Origin: Candidatus Eiseniibacteriota bacterium
GTDB taxonomy: Bacteria > Eisenbacteria > RBG-16-71-46 > JABDJR01 > JAWXBZ01
Reading direction: 5' to 3'
DNA: 54,798 nucleotides
Assembly (NCBI GenBank): GCA_034440375.1
Contig: JAWXBZ010000034.1
Span: forward strand, 1 to 54,798
Shown here in pieces: positions 18,327 through 27,953 of the stretch. Every line of letters starts with the position of its first letter. Positions within the stretch are counted from its first letter, which is position 1. The notes beneath the pieces are model-generated. The model saw only the letters and a program-made list of their open reading frames with translations. It ran no database searches and was not told where the DNA came from. Both the position numbers and the translations under genes were made by a program.

Positions 18327-20863
18327 TCGACGGTCATCCAACCGACCTCGGGCCCTTCATGTCGATCCTCATCGGAGAATAGATCGGCCAGGGTGAGGAC
18401 CGGGTAAAGGCCCACCTCGTCCAATGACAGCTCCAATCGATATCTCCCTGTGATAATCTGCTGTGGGACAATGACTTGAAGGCTATCCAGCAACCATATG
18501 CCCGCAGGGCAATCCTCCGGCGAGCAAAGACCACAAAATGGCATTTCGACACCACGGGCCCGGAGGCTTCCTCCCAGGCGTGGCTCGTCCAACAACCTTC
18601 GATGGAGCTTCGAGAATGGCCCGGGCGCGCCCAGCCGATCAACATCCTCGTGTTCGAATCGGAGATGGGCCTCGAATTCCCGGTAGTCGACGGGCCACAC
18701 CCGTCTTCCTCCCAAGTCTCCGAACCGCCACGAGGCTGGCAATATCATCGGCTCTCCCCGCTTGACCCGGAGGTTGGACGGAAGGGATTCTACGGCAAGC
18801 TCCGCCCCTGGAGTGCTGACGTGGACGGCGTCCTTGTCTGGGGCAACACCCGGCGTCAAACCGCGCGAACCAAAGGCCGGCCCCGTGCGCCGCCCGGCCC
18901 CGAGGCGATAAATTCGAAAGTCCCCGACCACGGCGACCGAGTCCATCCAGCCTGGGAGTGGCTGGAAACGGGCAGCCAGGGCGTGATTATTCCGCGGATC
19001 GCGATGGGCTCCGAATTCATCGATCCGCCGCGGGCTGATTGGATTGATGACCAGCCAGCCGGCTCCCTCCTTGATGCAGCCAGCAAGTGCCTCCTCGATC
19101 GGTACGCAGGTCGAGAGCAGCGCGGCTGCCACCCGGAGCCGTTCAAGGGCCCGGGAATCACCCGGGGGAGCATGCTGATGCAGCGTCACCATGACCCGAC
19201 GCCCTGTCATCGCCGGGATCGCATAGCTGGTGATGGGATCGGAAGCGATCACGGCGTCGAGAGGCAGCAACCGATCGATGGCAAGTGCAACACCGGGCGG
19301 TAATGACTCGGGCCCCACCTCACCCGTCCTGGTGAGTCGGTCCAGACCTGATCGGAACGATGATGCCCCCACCAGCAGCATGATGGCGATTACGCCACCC
19401 GCCGCGAGCCGGGCCCACCTTCGACTTCCGGATTGAATTACTGCCGTTGCCAGCAGGACGAATGCCAGTGCCGGTGACCAGACCAGCGCGAGCTTGTTTG
19501 CCACGGAACCGAGCTCGCGTCCAACCGGGGCCAGGAGCCAGGGGTTGAACAGCAGCGATGCCGGCACAAGAACCGTCGCAGCCAGGTATCGATGCGACCG
19601 ACGGTGATCAATCAGTACGAAGAGAAGTGCCAGCGGGAGCGCCAGCAGCCCCGCCAGACCGAACCAGCCGATCAGCTGGATCGGTGAGGCGATCGGTCCC
19701 GGGCCCAGTTGCAGCCAGGCCATCGACTGACCATGGAGCGGATTGTCGCTGGCGGCACTCAGAAAGAGACGCGCCGCCTCGACTGGTAACGCCCCGAGAC
19801 AGAAAGCGCCGAGACCGACCGTGGATGGGATCGCCGGGCCGACCGTACCCTGGGGCCCATTCCTGTCGCCCGGGAAAACCATGAACAGCCGGTAGCCAAG
19901 CAGTGGCGCAATGACCTGGACGGGCGCGTACGCATGAACCGCCGCTGCCGCCGCGCCGGCCAGGAGGGCCCACCGCGCACCCCACCCGGCAAGGAAACCG
20001 GCGATGATGGCCCAGGCGAGTGCCAGGCCGGCATGGCCTCCATAGGCGGACTTGAAAATCCAGGTCGGATCGCCGGCCAGGAACAGGAGCGCGGGCAGCG
20101 CCATCCAGACGCCCGGCCCGAAACCATTGGTCAGGGCCATGACCAGGGACAGGAACGCCGCCATCGAGAGGGGCGCCAACAGTGTTGACGATGCCTCCCA
20201 GACAATGGATGGATCAACACGGGCCACGACCGCGGCGCTCGCCAGCGCGAGGTGGGTCACACCCTTCCGTATATCAAGTCCTTCCGATTCCCCTGGCCCG
20301 TAAAACGCCCCGGGGAACTCGACCCGATCCGATTCGACGAGGTGACGAATGGTGGCCAGGTGATCGAGCGCATCGTCGAATGGGCCGAGCGGCGTGCCGA
20401 TGCGGAGCGCCATCAGAAGCGTCAGGATCAAGGCCGCTACAATCGCTGCCCGGCGATTGCCCTGCCCCGAAGCCCCCCCCCCGGATGCCAACGGTTTTGC
20501 GGCGGCACCGGACACTCGTGACGAAACGGCCGACACGGCCGCCGTCACGACGACGAGCAGGACACTGAGGATTGATAGCGGCACGCCCGCGAACCCGAGA
20601 CTCATCAGCAGGAGATGCGGCAGTGGGATCAGCACGGCGCCAACCGCCACGGCAAGGATCAGGCCGGCCGCCGGATTTCGTGTGGCGGATGCCGGCCATG
20701 CGAAACGGCGGAGAAGCGGCCATGCGGCCAACGGCAGGCCAAGAAAACTCGCGATCAGCCCGAGACAAGCCGCCGCTCGATCCGGAATCGGTGCCTGCGC
20801 GAGGAGCACGGCCACCGGACCGAGCCACGGAAGAAGCCGACCAGGGGTCATCAAAGATCTCAA
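18323..20863 (-). CDS. Large polytopic membrane protein, GT-C-like (multi-TM N-part plus periplasmic C-domain)
   Basis: More than 10 hydrophobic segments, acidic loop DDALDHLATIR, and a soluble C-terminal part with VIASDPITSYAIPAMTGR. Family assignment is inferred. Confidence 0.6.
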   Translation of the reverse strand: MRSLMTPGRLLPWLGPVAVLLAQAPIPDRAAACLGLIASFLGLPLAAWPLLRRFAWPASATRNPAAGLILAVAVGAVLIPLPHLLLMSLGFAGVPLSILSVLLVVVTAAVSAVSSRVSGAAAKPLASGGGASGQGNRRAAIVAALILTLLMALRIGTPLGPFDDALDHLATIRHLVESDRVEFPGAFYGPGESEGLDIRKGVTHLALASAAVVARVDPSIVWEASSTLLAPLSMAAFLSLVMALTNGFGPGVWMALPALLFLAGDPTWIFKSAYGGHAGLALAWAIIAGFLAGWGARWALLAGAAAAAVHAYAPVQVIAPLLGYRLFMVFPGDRNGPQGTVGPAIPSTVGLGAFCLGALPVEAARLFLSAASDNPLHGQSMAWLQLGPGPIASPIQLIGWFGLAGLLALPLALLFVLIDHRRSHRYLAATVLVPASLLFNPWLLAPVGRELGSVANKLALVWSPALAFVLLATAVIQSGSRRWARLAAGGVIAIMLLVGASSFRSGLDRLTRTGEVGPESLPPGVALAIDRLLPLDAVIASDPITSYAIPAMTGRRVMVTLHQHAPPGDSRALERLRVAAALLSTCVPIEEALAGCIKEGAGWLVINPISPRRIDEFGAHRDPRNNHALAARFQPLPGWMDSVAVVGDFRIYRLGAGRRTGPAFGSRGLTPGVAPDKDAVHVSTPGAELAVESLPSNLRVKRGEPMILPASWRFGDLGGRRVWPVDYREFEAHLRFEHEDVDRLGAPGPFSKLHRRLLDEPRLGGSLRARGVEMPFCGLCSPEDCPAGIWLLDSLQVIVPQQIITGRYRLELSLDEVGLYPVLTLADLFSDEDRHEGPEVGWMTVE

Positions 20864-20876
20864 CGAACGAGTCCCG

Positions 20877-21863
20877 TCAGGCCGAACCGCCGTCCGCCGA
20901 AGCGTCCGTCAGCGAGAGGTTTGATTTCCAGAGGTAGTAGAGGCCAAGCGCCGTGATCGGAATGAATTGCGTGGCGTGATACACGATGGCGAAGGAGGCC
21001 GCCTGTTCCTTGGTGACGCCATCGAATAGCAAGAGTGCCCAGATGGTGGCCGCCTCGAACGTGCCGGCGAAGCCGGGGCCGGAAGGGATCATGAGTCCGA
21101 GCGAGACGACGACGAGCAGGACGATGCTGGCGTAGAACGGCACGGGTAGATTGAAGGCCCGCATGGTCAAGTCGAAGCTGAGCATCACCGAGCCCCACAT
21201 CACAAGGGAAAGGCCGAGGATGGCCAGGATGTGGCCCCCCTTCGCCAGAACCTCAAGACCGTCGATGAAGGAGTGAAGCAGCCGGCCGCCCTTGTTGCGA
21301 GACGCTTCGGGAAGTGAGCGGGTGAGTCGTTCGACAATCCGGACGACCAGGTCGCGTCGTTGCCGGAAGAATACGAGGACGCCGAACATCACGAACGTGA
21401 CCGCGATCGCCAGGGTCCCCATGAACTTGATCTGGGGGCTCAGTTTCACGAGCAGGATCACGATGCCGAGGCAGAAGACCAGCGTCAGCATGTCGAACGC
21501 GCGCTCGATGACGATGGTGGCGAAGGCAGCGCTCTTCGAGACGCCGTGAGCCTTTCCCACTGCGTAGGCCCGGACGAATTCTCCCAGCCGGGCCGGCAGG
21601 ACATTATTGGCCATGAATCCGATCATCGTGGACTGGTACAGGCCGCCCACCGGGACCCGACGTATCGGATCGAGCATGAACTTCCAACGATACGCGCGGA
21701 GCCAGACGCTGCCCAGCGTCACCAGGACCGTCAGCAGGATGTAGAAGTAGTTGGCCCGGCAGATGGCGTCCCACGTCTCCACCCAGTTGATATTTCGAAA
21801 AGCAAAGTAGAGACACACGATGCTGATCAGCAGGCTGACGGCGATTTGGATCCGTTTTATCAT
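20877..21863 (-). CDS. Lysylphosphatidylglycerol-synthase-TM (UPF0104) flippase-like membrane protein
   Basis: LRAYRW, GFMANNVLPARLGEFVRAY, TIVIERAFD, IPSGPGFAGTFE. Confidence 0.9.
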   Translation of the reverse strand: MIKRIQIAVSLLISIVCLYFAFRNINWVETWDAICRANYFYILLTVLVTLGSVWLRAYRWKFMLDPIRRVPVGGLYQSTMIGFMANNVLPARLGEFVRAYAVGKAHGVSKSAAFATIVIERAFDMLTLVFCLGIVILLVKLSPQIKFMGTLAIAVTFVMFGVLVFFRQRRDLVVRIVERLTRSLPEASRNKGGRLLHSFIDGLEVLAKGGHILAILGLSLVMWGSVMLSFDLTMRAFNLPVPFYASIVLLVVVSLGLMIPSGPGFAGTFEAATIWALLLFDGVTKEQAASFAIVYHATQFIPITALGLYYLWKSNLSLTDASADGGSA

Positions 21864-23446
21864 GGATTTGGTCTCTCCGGCCGAATGAGCAATCGGGTCA
21901 GCCAGGGGGTGAACGGCAATCGGGATCGACGCAGGAGTTCCGCTTCCTCTTCTTTCAGCACACCGAAGAGTCGGAGTCCGGCCAGATAGAGCAAACCCGC
22001 CGCCAGAACCGCCAGAGCAACGGGCACCTTACCATGCACAAACAGTCGGGCGGGATAGATCAGGGCACAGGGAACCGCGGCCAGGAAGACCCTTCCAAGG
22101 AAACCCCATGGTATCTGGGGACGCACGCCCAGCCGGCGCAGGAGCAGGGTATTCACGAACGGCGAGGCAGCGATCACCAGCATCATGGGAATGAGGGCGC
22201 CGGTGAGACCGAATCTTGGAATGAGTAGAAAGTCGAGTCCGACCAGCACGATCGAATTGCCGAGATACTGCCAGAAGCTGTACCAGGGCTTTTCCAGTAC
22301 ATAGAAAGCCATGGTCATCGGCGTCGAAAAGAACGACAGTGAGAAGACGAGGAACAGGAGCTGGCAGTAGATGCCGGCCGGGAGCATCTCCTCTCCGTAA
22401 AAGGCCACGATGGCCCGATCGCCGACGGAAGCCCCGATGATGGCGATGGGTATGACGAGGAGAAAAAGCAGCTTGTAGTAGACGGTGATGGCTCTCGCCA
22501 GCGTCGCTCGGTCACGCGTGTAGATCTCCGAGAATCCGGCCATCAGGAGCGGCCAGATGGCGCCGGGAATGAACTCAAGAATCATCTGCGGCATCCGGTA
22601 GGCCAGATCCCAGAATCCGGCTTCGCGGAGAGTGCGGAAGTGAGCCAGCAGGATGGATTCCGACTGACGCCAGGTGATCAGGTTCATCACCGAAATGGCG
22701 GCAAAGGGAAGCGCGTATCGGAACATGGTCGGGCCGGTCAGTGTGTCGACGCCTCCCGGTGGACCCGAGGCCGAAGGCCCGGCTGCTTCCTCCCCGATCC
22801 GGGCAAGGAGACGACTGACCCGCCGGGCCAGGATGGCTGCCATGAGTGCCTGTGCCAGCCCGGTTGCCACCAGGACCCCGGCCACGCCGAAACCCTGCCT
22901 CAGGGCCAGGGCAGCCAGTGCCAGGTACGACAGTGCGCCGCCAAGAATGACGACCGACAGGCTCCGCGAATCGTAGAAGGCCGTGCTCAGCGTGTTTGTG
23001 GCCAGGAAAGCCAATTCGGCCCCGACCAGGACCGCGCCGAGCAGAAAGAGGTCGGCCATCGTTGGAAATGAAATTCTGGCCACCAGGTCATGCGACATGG
23101 CAATAACCAGGATGGCAACGATCCACGCGATGAACTGTGGCAGCACAACGAGCCGGAGCAATTGCCCCGCCATTTGCGTGTCACCCCGGGCCCGGGCCGT
23201 CGGCAGGTAGCGCAGTACCGCCTGGCCCAGTCCGAGGCCGCAGAGAGCGGTGACAAAGGCCAGCGCCGTCCGCACGACCGTCAACTGGCCGTACCGGTCC
23301 GGGCCGAGCGCCCGCACCACGATGATGGATCCGATCAACGACAGACCGAACTGAAGGAGGCGGGTGATCACACTCCAGCCGAGTGCGCCGCCAACGGCGC
23401 CGACGGTGGCCGAGTGCTGCGGTTGACGTATCGGGGTCCGTGTCAC
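21860..23446 (-). CDS. wzx: Wzx-type oligosaccharide flippase (MOP superfamily)
   Basis: VRALGPDRYG, LGLGQAVLRY, FRYALP, LLIPRFGLTGA; ~14 TM helices. Confidence 0.85.
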   Translation of the reverse strand: MTRTPIRQPQHSATVGAVGGALGWSVITRLLQFGLSLIGSIIVVRALGPDRYGQLTVVRTALAFVTALCGLGLGQAVLRYLPTARARGDTQMAGQLLRLVVLPQFIAWIVAILVIAMSHDLVARISFPTMADLFLLGAVLVGAELAFLATNTLSTAFYDSRSLSVVILGGALSYLALAALALRQGFGVAGVLVATGLAQALMAAILARRVSRLLARIGEEAAGPSASGPPGGVDTLTGPTMFRYALPFAAISVMNLITWRQSESILLAHFRTLREAGFWDLAYRMPQMILEFIPGAIWPLLMAGFSEIYTRDRATLARAITVYYKLLFLLVIPIAIIGASVGDRAIVAFYGEEMLPAGIYCQLLFLVFSLSFFSTPMTMAFYVLEKPWYSFWQYLGNSIVLVGLDFLLIPRFGLTGALIPMMLVIAASPFVNTLLLRRLGVRPQIPWGFLGRVFLAAVPCALIYPARLFVHGKVPVALAVLAAGLLYLAGLRLFGVLKEEEAELLRRSRLPFTPWLTRLLIRPERPNP

Positions 23447-24630
23447 GAATCTTCGCTCGCGCCTGAGGGGTCCCGGGTGGCGATGGACAGCGGCATCATC
23501 GAGCGAAAGTATCCGCGCAGGTCGAGAATCGACGTGAGCGGCACGGCGGGCGGGTCCTCTGCCAGCAGCATGGCATCCGAGGCGGCATCATCGGGGGTGT
23601 ACCCATGCATGCCGGCCAGCGGCGTTCGGCCCATGTAGGAGGGGCATATCAGGACGCCAGGGTCGGCCAGCGCGATGACCGCACCGTAGCGATCATCTTC
23701 GAAGTCGATCCCCTCCCGCCGTTGCCCGGCGGGGGTGACGATGGAAAGGCCGGGCGTATTGCCGATTGTCTCCACGAGCCGATCGACAACAGCCGGCCGC
23801 TCGCACCAGAAGCGAAGAAACGTCGAGTCCAGGAAAACGCGATAGTCCGGTCCGTCGCGGAGCGCGGCACGTGCCAGGACTGGTCCGGGGTCGAGGACGG
23901 TGTGGATGTCGGTCATTCCATGATCTGACACGACCGCCAACCGGGTAGGACCACGCTTCCCGGCCCCCGCAAGGAGGGCATCGAGTCGGGGGCGGTATTC
24001 CGTCAGCCGATCCATCACCGGGCGGCCACGACTTCCGTGCGCGTGCTGTCGCGCATCGATTTCGGTCAGGTACAGGAGGTAGACCTGGGCGGGATCCACG
24101 CGCTCCCGTTCGAGTGCCGCCTCGAGTTTTTCGTCATCGGGAACTCGCCAGTCGGAGACGAAGGATCGGATGCCGGAGCTCTCGAGGTCGTCCACGAACG
24201 AGCCGCCGGGAAAGGTGCCCGCCGCCCACGAATCCTTTCGCTCGATGTAATCGAGATTGGCCAGCTCACGATACGGGACGTCATACAGTCCGAAATAGCC
24301 GCGAATGTTCGCCCGTCGGCTCCACCAGCCGGCCAGTCGTCGGCGGACGCTCCACCGATTGAAGAGCGGTGCCGGCAACCGCGCCAGCGTCCCGGCACCG
24401 GTGAACGGCGAGTCCGAAGGCCGACGGGCCCGGAAGTAGAGGCACCAGTGTCCATGATCGCGGGGCCACTGGCCGGTTAAAAGACTCGGGATGGCCGCGG
24501 AGCTGTAGCCGAGAATCGTCCGCAGCCGCTTACGAAAAGGCAGCCGATCGGCAAGGAACTGGCTCGACCCGGCCAGCTCGGCGCCAAGGGCGTCAACGAC
24601 CAGGATGATGAGCGTCTCGGGGCGGCTCAT
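23443..24630 (-). CDS. Alkaline-phosphatase superfamily protein (nucleotide pyrophosphatase/phosphodiesterase type), no signal peptide
   Basis: VVDALG, GYSSAAIPSLLTG, EIDARQHAHG, VSDHGM and GMHGY metal-ligand motifs. Confidence 0.85.
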   Translation of the reverse strand: MSRPETLIILVVDALGAELAGSSQFLADRLPFRKRLRTILGYSSAAIPSLLTGQWPRDHGHWCLYFRARRPSDSPFTGAGTLARLPAPLFNRWSVRRRLAGWWSRRANIRGYFGLYDVPYRELANLDYIERKDSWAAGTFPGGSFVDDLESSGIRSFVSDWRVPDDEKLEAALERERVDPAQVYLLYLTEIDARQHAHGSRGRPVMDRLTEYRPRLDALLAGAGKRGPTRLAVVSDHGMTDIHTVLDPGPVLARAALRDGPDYRVFLDSTFLRFWCERPAVVDRLVETIGNTPGLSIVTPAGQRREGIDFEDDRYGAVIALADPGVLICPSYMGRTPLAGMHGYTPDDAASDAMLLAEDPPAVPLTSILDLRGYFRSMMPLSIATRDPSGASEDS

Positions 24631-25727
24631 GGATGCCAGGCTTCGAGCTGGCGACGAGCGGAGGAGCGCCAGTCATCACCGAGTCGTTCCCCGCCATGGC
24701 CGTACAGGAGTGCCGGCAATCGGCGACGGAAATCGTGGTCGCGGTCAAGCCAGAAGGGGCCGCCACCCACGCCTTTCGAACGCTCGGACAGAAAGCGCCG
24801 CGGGCGACGAAGGGCTGACCAGAATCCCTGCCGCATGACCGCCCGGCTCCAGCAGTTCCAATCACCGAACCGGTGGCCAAGGCGATGTGCCTCGACATGG
24901 CGGAGCATGGCTTCATGCCACTCGCCGACCCTTGTCCATCGGTCGACCAGGCGGTCGGCACCGTCGTCGGGAATCAGCGGGGACAGTTTGAACCGTGTCG
25001 ACTCAAGGAAGGCGGCACGGAACTCATCGGCCTGATCACCAAGAGTGCTGGAAAGTTCAAGTTCTGCCAGCCGGCGCGCCCGCTCCCGATAGGAAACATC
25101 GTATCGCCTGGCGAGGAGGAGGGCTGCTTCCCCCACGGCGAGCACGCCCTTGTGCATGGCGTTCACCGTGAATCGACGGCGATGACGATCGAACGTGGCA
25201 CTGTCGGTGACCGCCTCCTCCAGGTGGAGTCGTGCCCAGACCAGGCCCCATCCGCGATTCACGAGAAGTCGTGTCGCCTCGACCAACGGCAGGGTGGCCG
25301 GATTGATGGCCGGCATGCGGTGAAGAGCATCCGGCGGCCCGTCCAGGACCCGGTGGCCCGCCTTCAACTCGTAGGCGAATATGGTGTCAAGTGGAGGTCC
25401 TTCGAGAACGCGCCGCTGGATGACGCCGATGTCGACGAAATCGATGTCGAGACGGCGCGCCAATTCAACGGAGAGCGGAGGAATCACGGTCTCGTCGACG
25501 TATCCGTCGACGAGTATGGTGAGGTCATAATCATTGAAGGCGCGCCAGCCATCACCTGGAACGGACAGAACTCCGCCCTCACCCCGTCCAAAGCCGCCGA
25601 TAAGAAGGATGGCGCGCCTCTGGGGCAAGGGAACAGCTCGCTGGATCGTCTGGACGATGTCGTCAAGATCGGCAGCCACGCGCGCTTCCGCCGCGGGCGT
25701 GGCCAGGGTGGTGAAGGACTCCGGCAG
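24627..25727 (-). CDS. Pol-beta-superfamily nucleotidyltransferase-like protein
   Basis: LLIGGFGRGEGG...FNDYDL (hG[G/S]...DxD), third Asp in FVDIG, helical C-domain. Start proposed at CTG 25727 after AAGGGG; the alternative is GTG at 25679. Confidence 0.7.
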   Translation of the reverse strand: MPESFTTLATPAAEARVAADLDDIVQTIQRAVPLPQRRAILLIGGFGRGEGGVLSVPGDGWRAFNDYDLTILVDGYVDETVIPPLSVELARRLDIDFVDIGVIQRRVLEGPPLDTIFAYELKAGHRVLDGPPDALHRMPAINPATLPLVEATRLLVNRGWGLVWARLHLEEAVTDSATFDRHRRRFTVNAMHKGVLAVGEAALLLARRYDVSYRERARRLAELELSSTLGDQADEFRAAFLESTRFKLSPLIPDDGADRLVDRWTRVGEWHEAMLRHVEAHRLGHRFGDWNCWSRAVMRQGFWSALRRPRRFLSERSKGVGGGPFWLDRDHDFRRRLPALLYGHGGERLGDDWRSSARRQLEAWHP

Positions 25728-25747
25728 GGCTCGCCCCTTGTTGGCGC

Positions 25748-26587
25748 CTAGAGCCGCCGGTAGATGAAATCGGGAATGACATACTGCTGGCGGTTGAGGA
25801 TGGCGCCGAGGACTCGCCCCTGGAACTTGTCGATCGCCTCGATCGCACGCTGAACGATTTCCCGCTTGGTCCTGGCCGCGCGCACGACGAGAACAATGCC
25901 GTCCACCTGGGTGGCCAGCGATACCATCTCGGGTGAGTCGAGGACCGGCGGTCCATCGATCACGACATAGTGGTAGTGATGGCGGAGCCAGTCCAGCGGG
26001 GCATGAAGGTTGTTGGTGGTGCACAGGCGAAGGGGGCTGTCGGCAGTGGTCCCCCCCGGCACGATGGCCAGGTTGGGCAGCGAGGTGCCGACAAGCGCAT
26101 GCTCGATGGTCTGTCGTCCGTCAAGCACGCCGGCAAAGCCGTAATGATCGTCGACCGATGGCAGGCGGCGCTCGACGCTGCGCAGGTCGGCGTCGACGAG
26201 AACCACCTGCAGCCGTTCGTCCTCGGCAAGGAGCCGGGCAAATGCCGCCGCCACCGTTGAACTCCCTTCGCCGGAAATCGCCCCGGCAAACAGGATCGTC
26301 CTGACGGCCCGACCGGGCAGAAGCTGGTCGATGGTTCCCCGGAGCGTTCCGAGCTCCCGCACGAACTCGAGCGGCAGATCAAGACCGGAGGGGTTCAGCG
26401 TGATTTCGGCCGATCGCGGCTTCACCGGCTCGAGGCGGGCCGGCGACGCATCGGCGGCGCGAGGGCCATCGGTTCGCGCGAGAACCCAGGTTGACGTCTC
26501 TTCCGGCGGGCCCGACGGCGGCGGCGCGGCGCTGCCGGCCATAGCTCGGCCTTCACTCTTCTTGAGCGCGTCGAAAATCTTGCTCAT
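25748..26587 (-). CDS. CpsD/CapB-family BY-kinase homolog lacking the Walker A lysine
   Basis: MSKIFDALKK, GEGSST (canonical GEGKS/T), LVDADLR, VIDGPP, C-terminal ILNRQQYVIPDFIYRRL. Confidence 0.85.
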   Translation of the reverse strand: MSKIFDALKKSEGRAMAGSAAPPPSGPPEETSTWVLARTDGPRAADASPARLEPVKPRSAEITLNPSGLDLPLEFVRELGTLRGTIDQLLPGRAVRTILFAGAISGEGSSTVAAAFARLLAEDERLQVVLVDADLRSVERRLPSVDDHYGFAGVLDGRQTIEHALVGTSLPNLAIVPGGTTADSPLRLCTTNNLHAPLDWLRHHYHYVVIDGPPVLDSPEMVSLATQVDGIVLVVRAARTKREIVQRAIEAIDKFQGRVLGAILNRQQYVIPDFIYRRL

Positions 26588-26590
26588 CGA

Positions 26591-27952
26591 TCAGCTCCGC
26601 GTTTCCGGCAACGAGGCCAGGACCGGAATACCCAGGTACTCCTCGACATCCCCCGCCGTCTTCAGCGAGTGATCGAGGCTGTCGAGGAAGAAGGCCAGCA
26701 TCAGCCCCACGACCAGCGACAGGAGAGGCGCCAGGGCCAGGCGAACATAGTCGGTCGTGCGTAGCGCCTTCGGCCGGCCAGCCGGGGCATAGAGCGTCAC
26801 CGTCCAGTCGGGGCTGGTGGCCTGCTGGATCCGGGCGGTCATTTCCTTCGCGGAAAGTTCCTTGTGACGTTCGCGCAGCGTCTGCATCTCGTGGTCGAGC
26901 TGATCCAGCGCGCTCTCCTGAGAAGGCACTCTCATGAGTTGTTCCCGGTAGCTGGCCACCTGTCCCGAAATGGAGCGATCCTGCTCCCGCAACAGCTGAT
27001 GACGGGACTCGAGGAGATCGAGAGAGGCCCGTGCCTCGCTGCGGATCTGTGACCGGACCTCGTCCAGGGACGTGAGCACGCTCTTGAGCTCCGGATGGTC
27101 CTCCGTCTGACGGGAGGCCAGCGATTCCCGTTTCTGCTCCAGTTCCGAGAGGTCATCCTTCAGTTTGCTCAGGACCTGCTGGTTGCCGAGGTTCAACTGG
27201 AAGAAAAAGCCGGGATCGGGAAGGATCTGGTTATCCAGGTGTTGTCGACCCTGCGAGAGGCTCTGCCCGGTCAACCGGATATCTTCACGAACCTGGGCCT
27301 GCTCCGCCTCCATGTTCTGGAGGTGATTGTAGAGCGAATGCTGCACCTCGGAGGGATCGACGGAACCGGTCTCGGAAACATAGCTCTGTCGCCGACTGAC
27401 CACCGCGGCCATTGCCGAATCGACGGAACCGATCTCCCGTTGAAAGAACTCGTTCACGAAGGGCACCGTGGCCGAAGCGTGCCGGTAATCCATATAGGCC
27501 TGGGTGACCGCGTTCGTCACCGGCTGGCAGCTTTCGGCGTCGCGGCTGTTGTAGGAAATGATGATGACGTTCGATTCGCCCACGAGGCCGGCTCCGACCC
27601 CGGACGGCGACAGCCGAAACTTTCGGTTCAGCTTCCCCTCGTCGTGCCACTTGTACAGGATGTTTTGGGCGCGCTCGACGACCGGCCAGCTCTTCACCGT
27701 TTCCAGTTCCGTGCTGATTTCCTCCTCCCAGGGGAACACCTGGAGGTTCGACTGCAGCATGCTTTGCTTTTGTCCGCGCGCAACGCGCACCAGGCTGTTC
27801 GACTCATAGTTTGTCGGACTGCGCAGACTGACGACGACGACCGACAGGCTGGCGATGAGGAACACCGCCACGATGACCCAGAGCTGGCGAAAGACAACCG
27901 CCAGAAAGTCACGGGTGGTGGCCTGACGGATTGGAAGCGGCGTGTCGGTCAT
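26591..27952 (-). CDS. Polysaccharide co-polymerase (Wzc N-terminal/GumC-like)
   Basis: RDFLAVVFRQ + TM1, periplasmic coiled coil with TEDHPEL, TM2, and LDHSLKTAGDVEEYLGIPVLASLP. Confidence 0.9.
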   Translation of the reverse strand: MTDTPLPIRQATTRDFLAVVFRQLWVIVAVFLIASLSVVVVSLRSPTNYESNSLVRVARGQKQSMLQSNLQVFPWEEEISTELETVKSWPVVERAQNILYKWHDEGKLNRKFRLSPSGVGAGLVGESNVIIISYNSRDAESCQPVTNAVTQAYMDYRHASATVPFVNEFFQREIGSVDSAMAAVVSRRQSYVSETGSVDPSEVQHSLYNHLQNMEAEQAQVREDIRLTGQSLSQGRQHLDNQILPDPGFFFQLNLGNQQVLSKLKDDLSELEQKRESLASRQTEDHPELKSVLTSLDEVRSQIRSEARASLDLLESRHQLLREQDRSISGQVASYREQLMRVPSQESALDQLDHEMQTLRERHKELSAKEMTARIQQATSPDWTVTLYAPAGRPKALRTTDYVRLALAPLLSLVVGLMLAFFLDSLDHSLKTAGDVEEYLGIPVLASLPETRS

Positions 27953-27953
27953 G

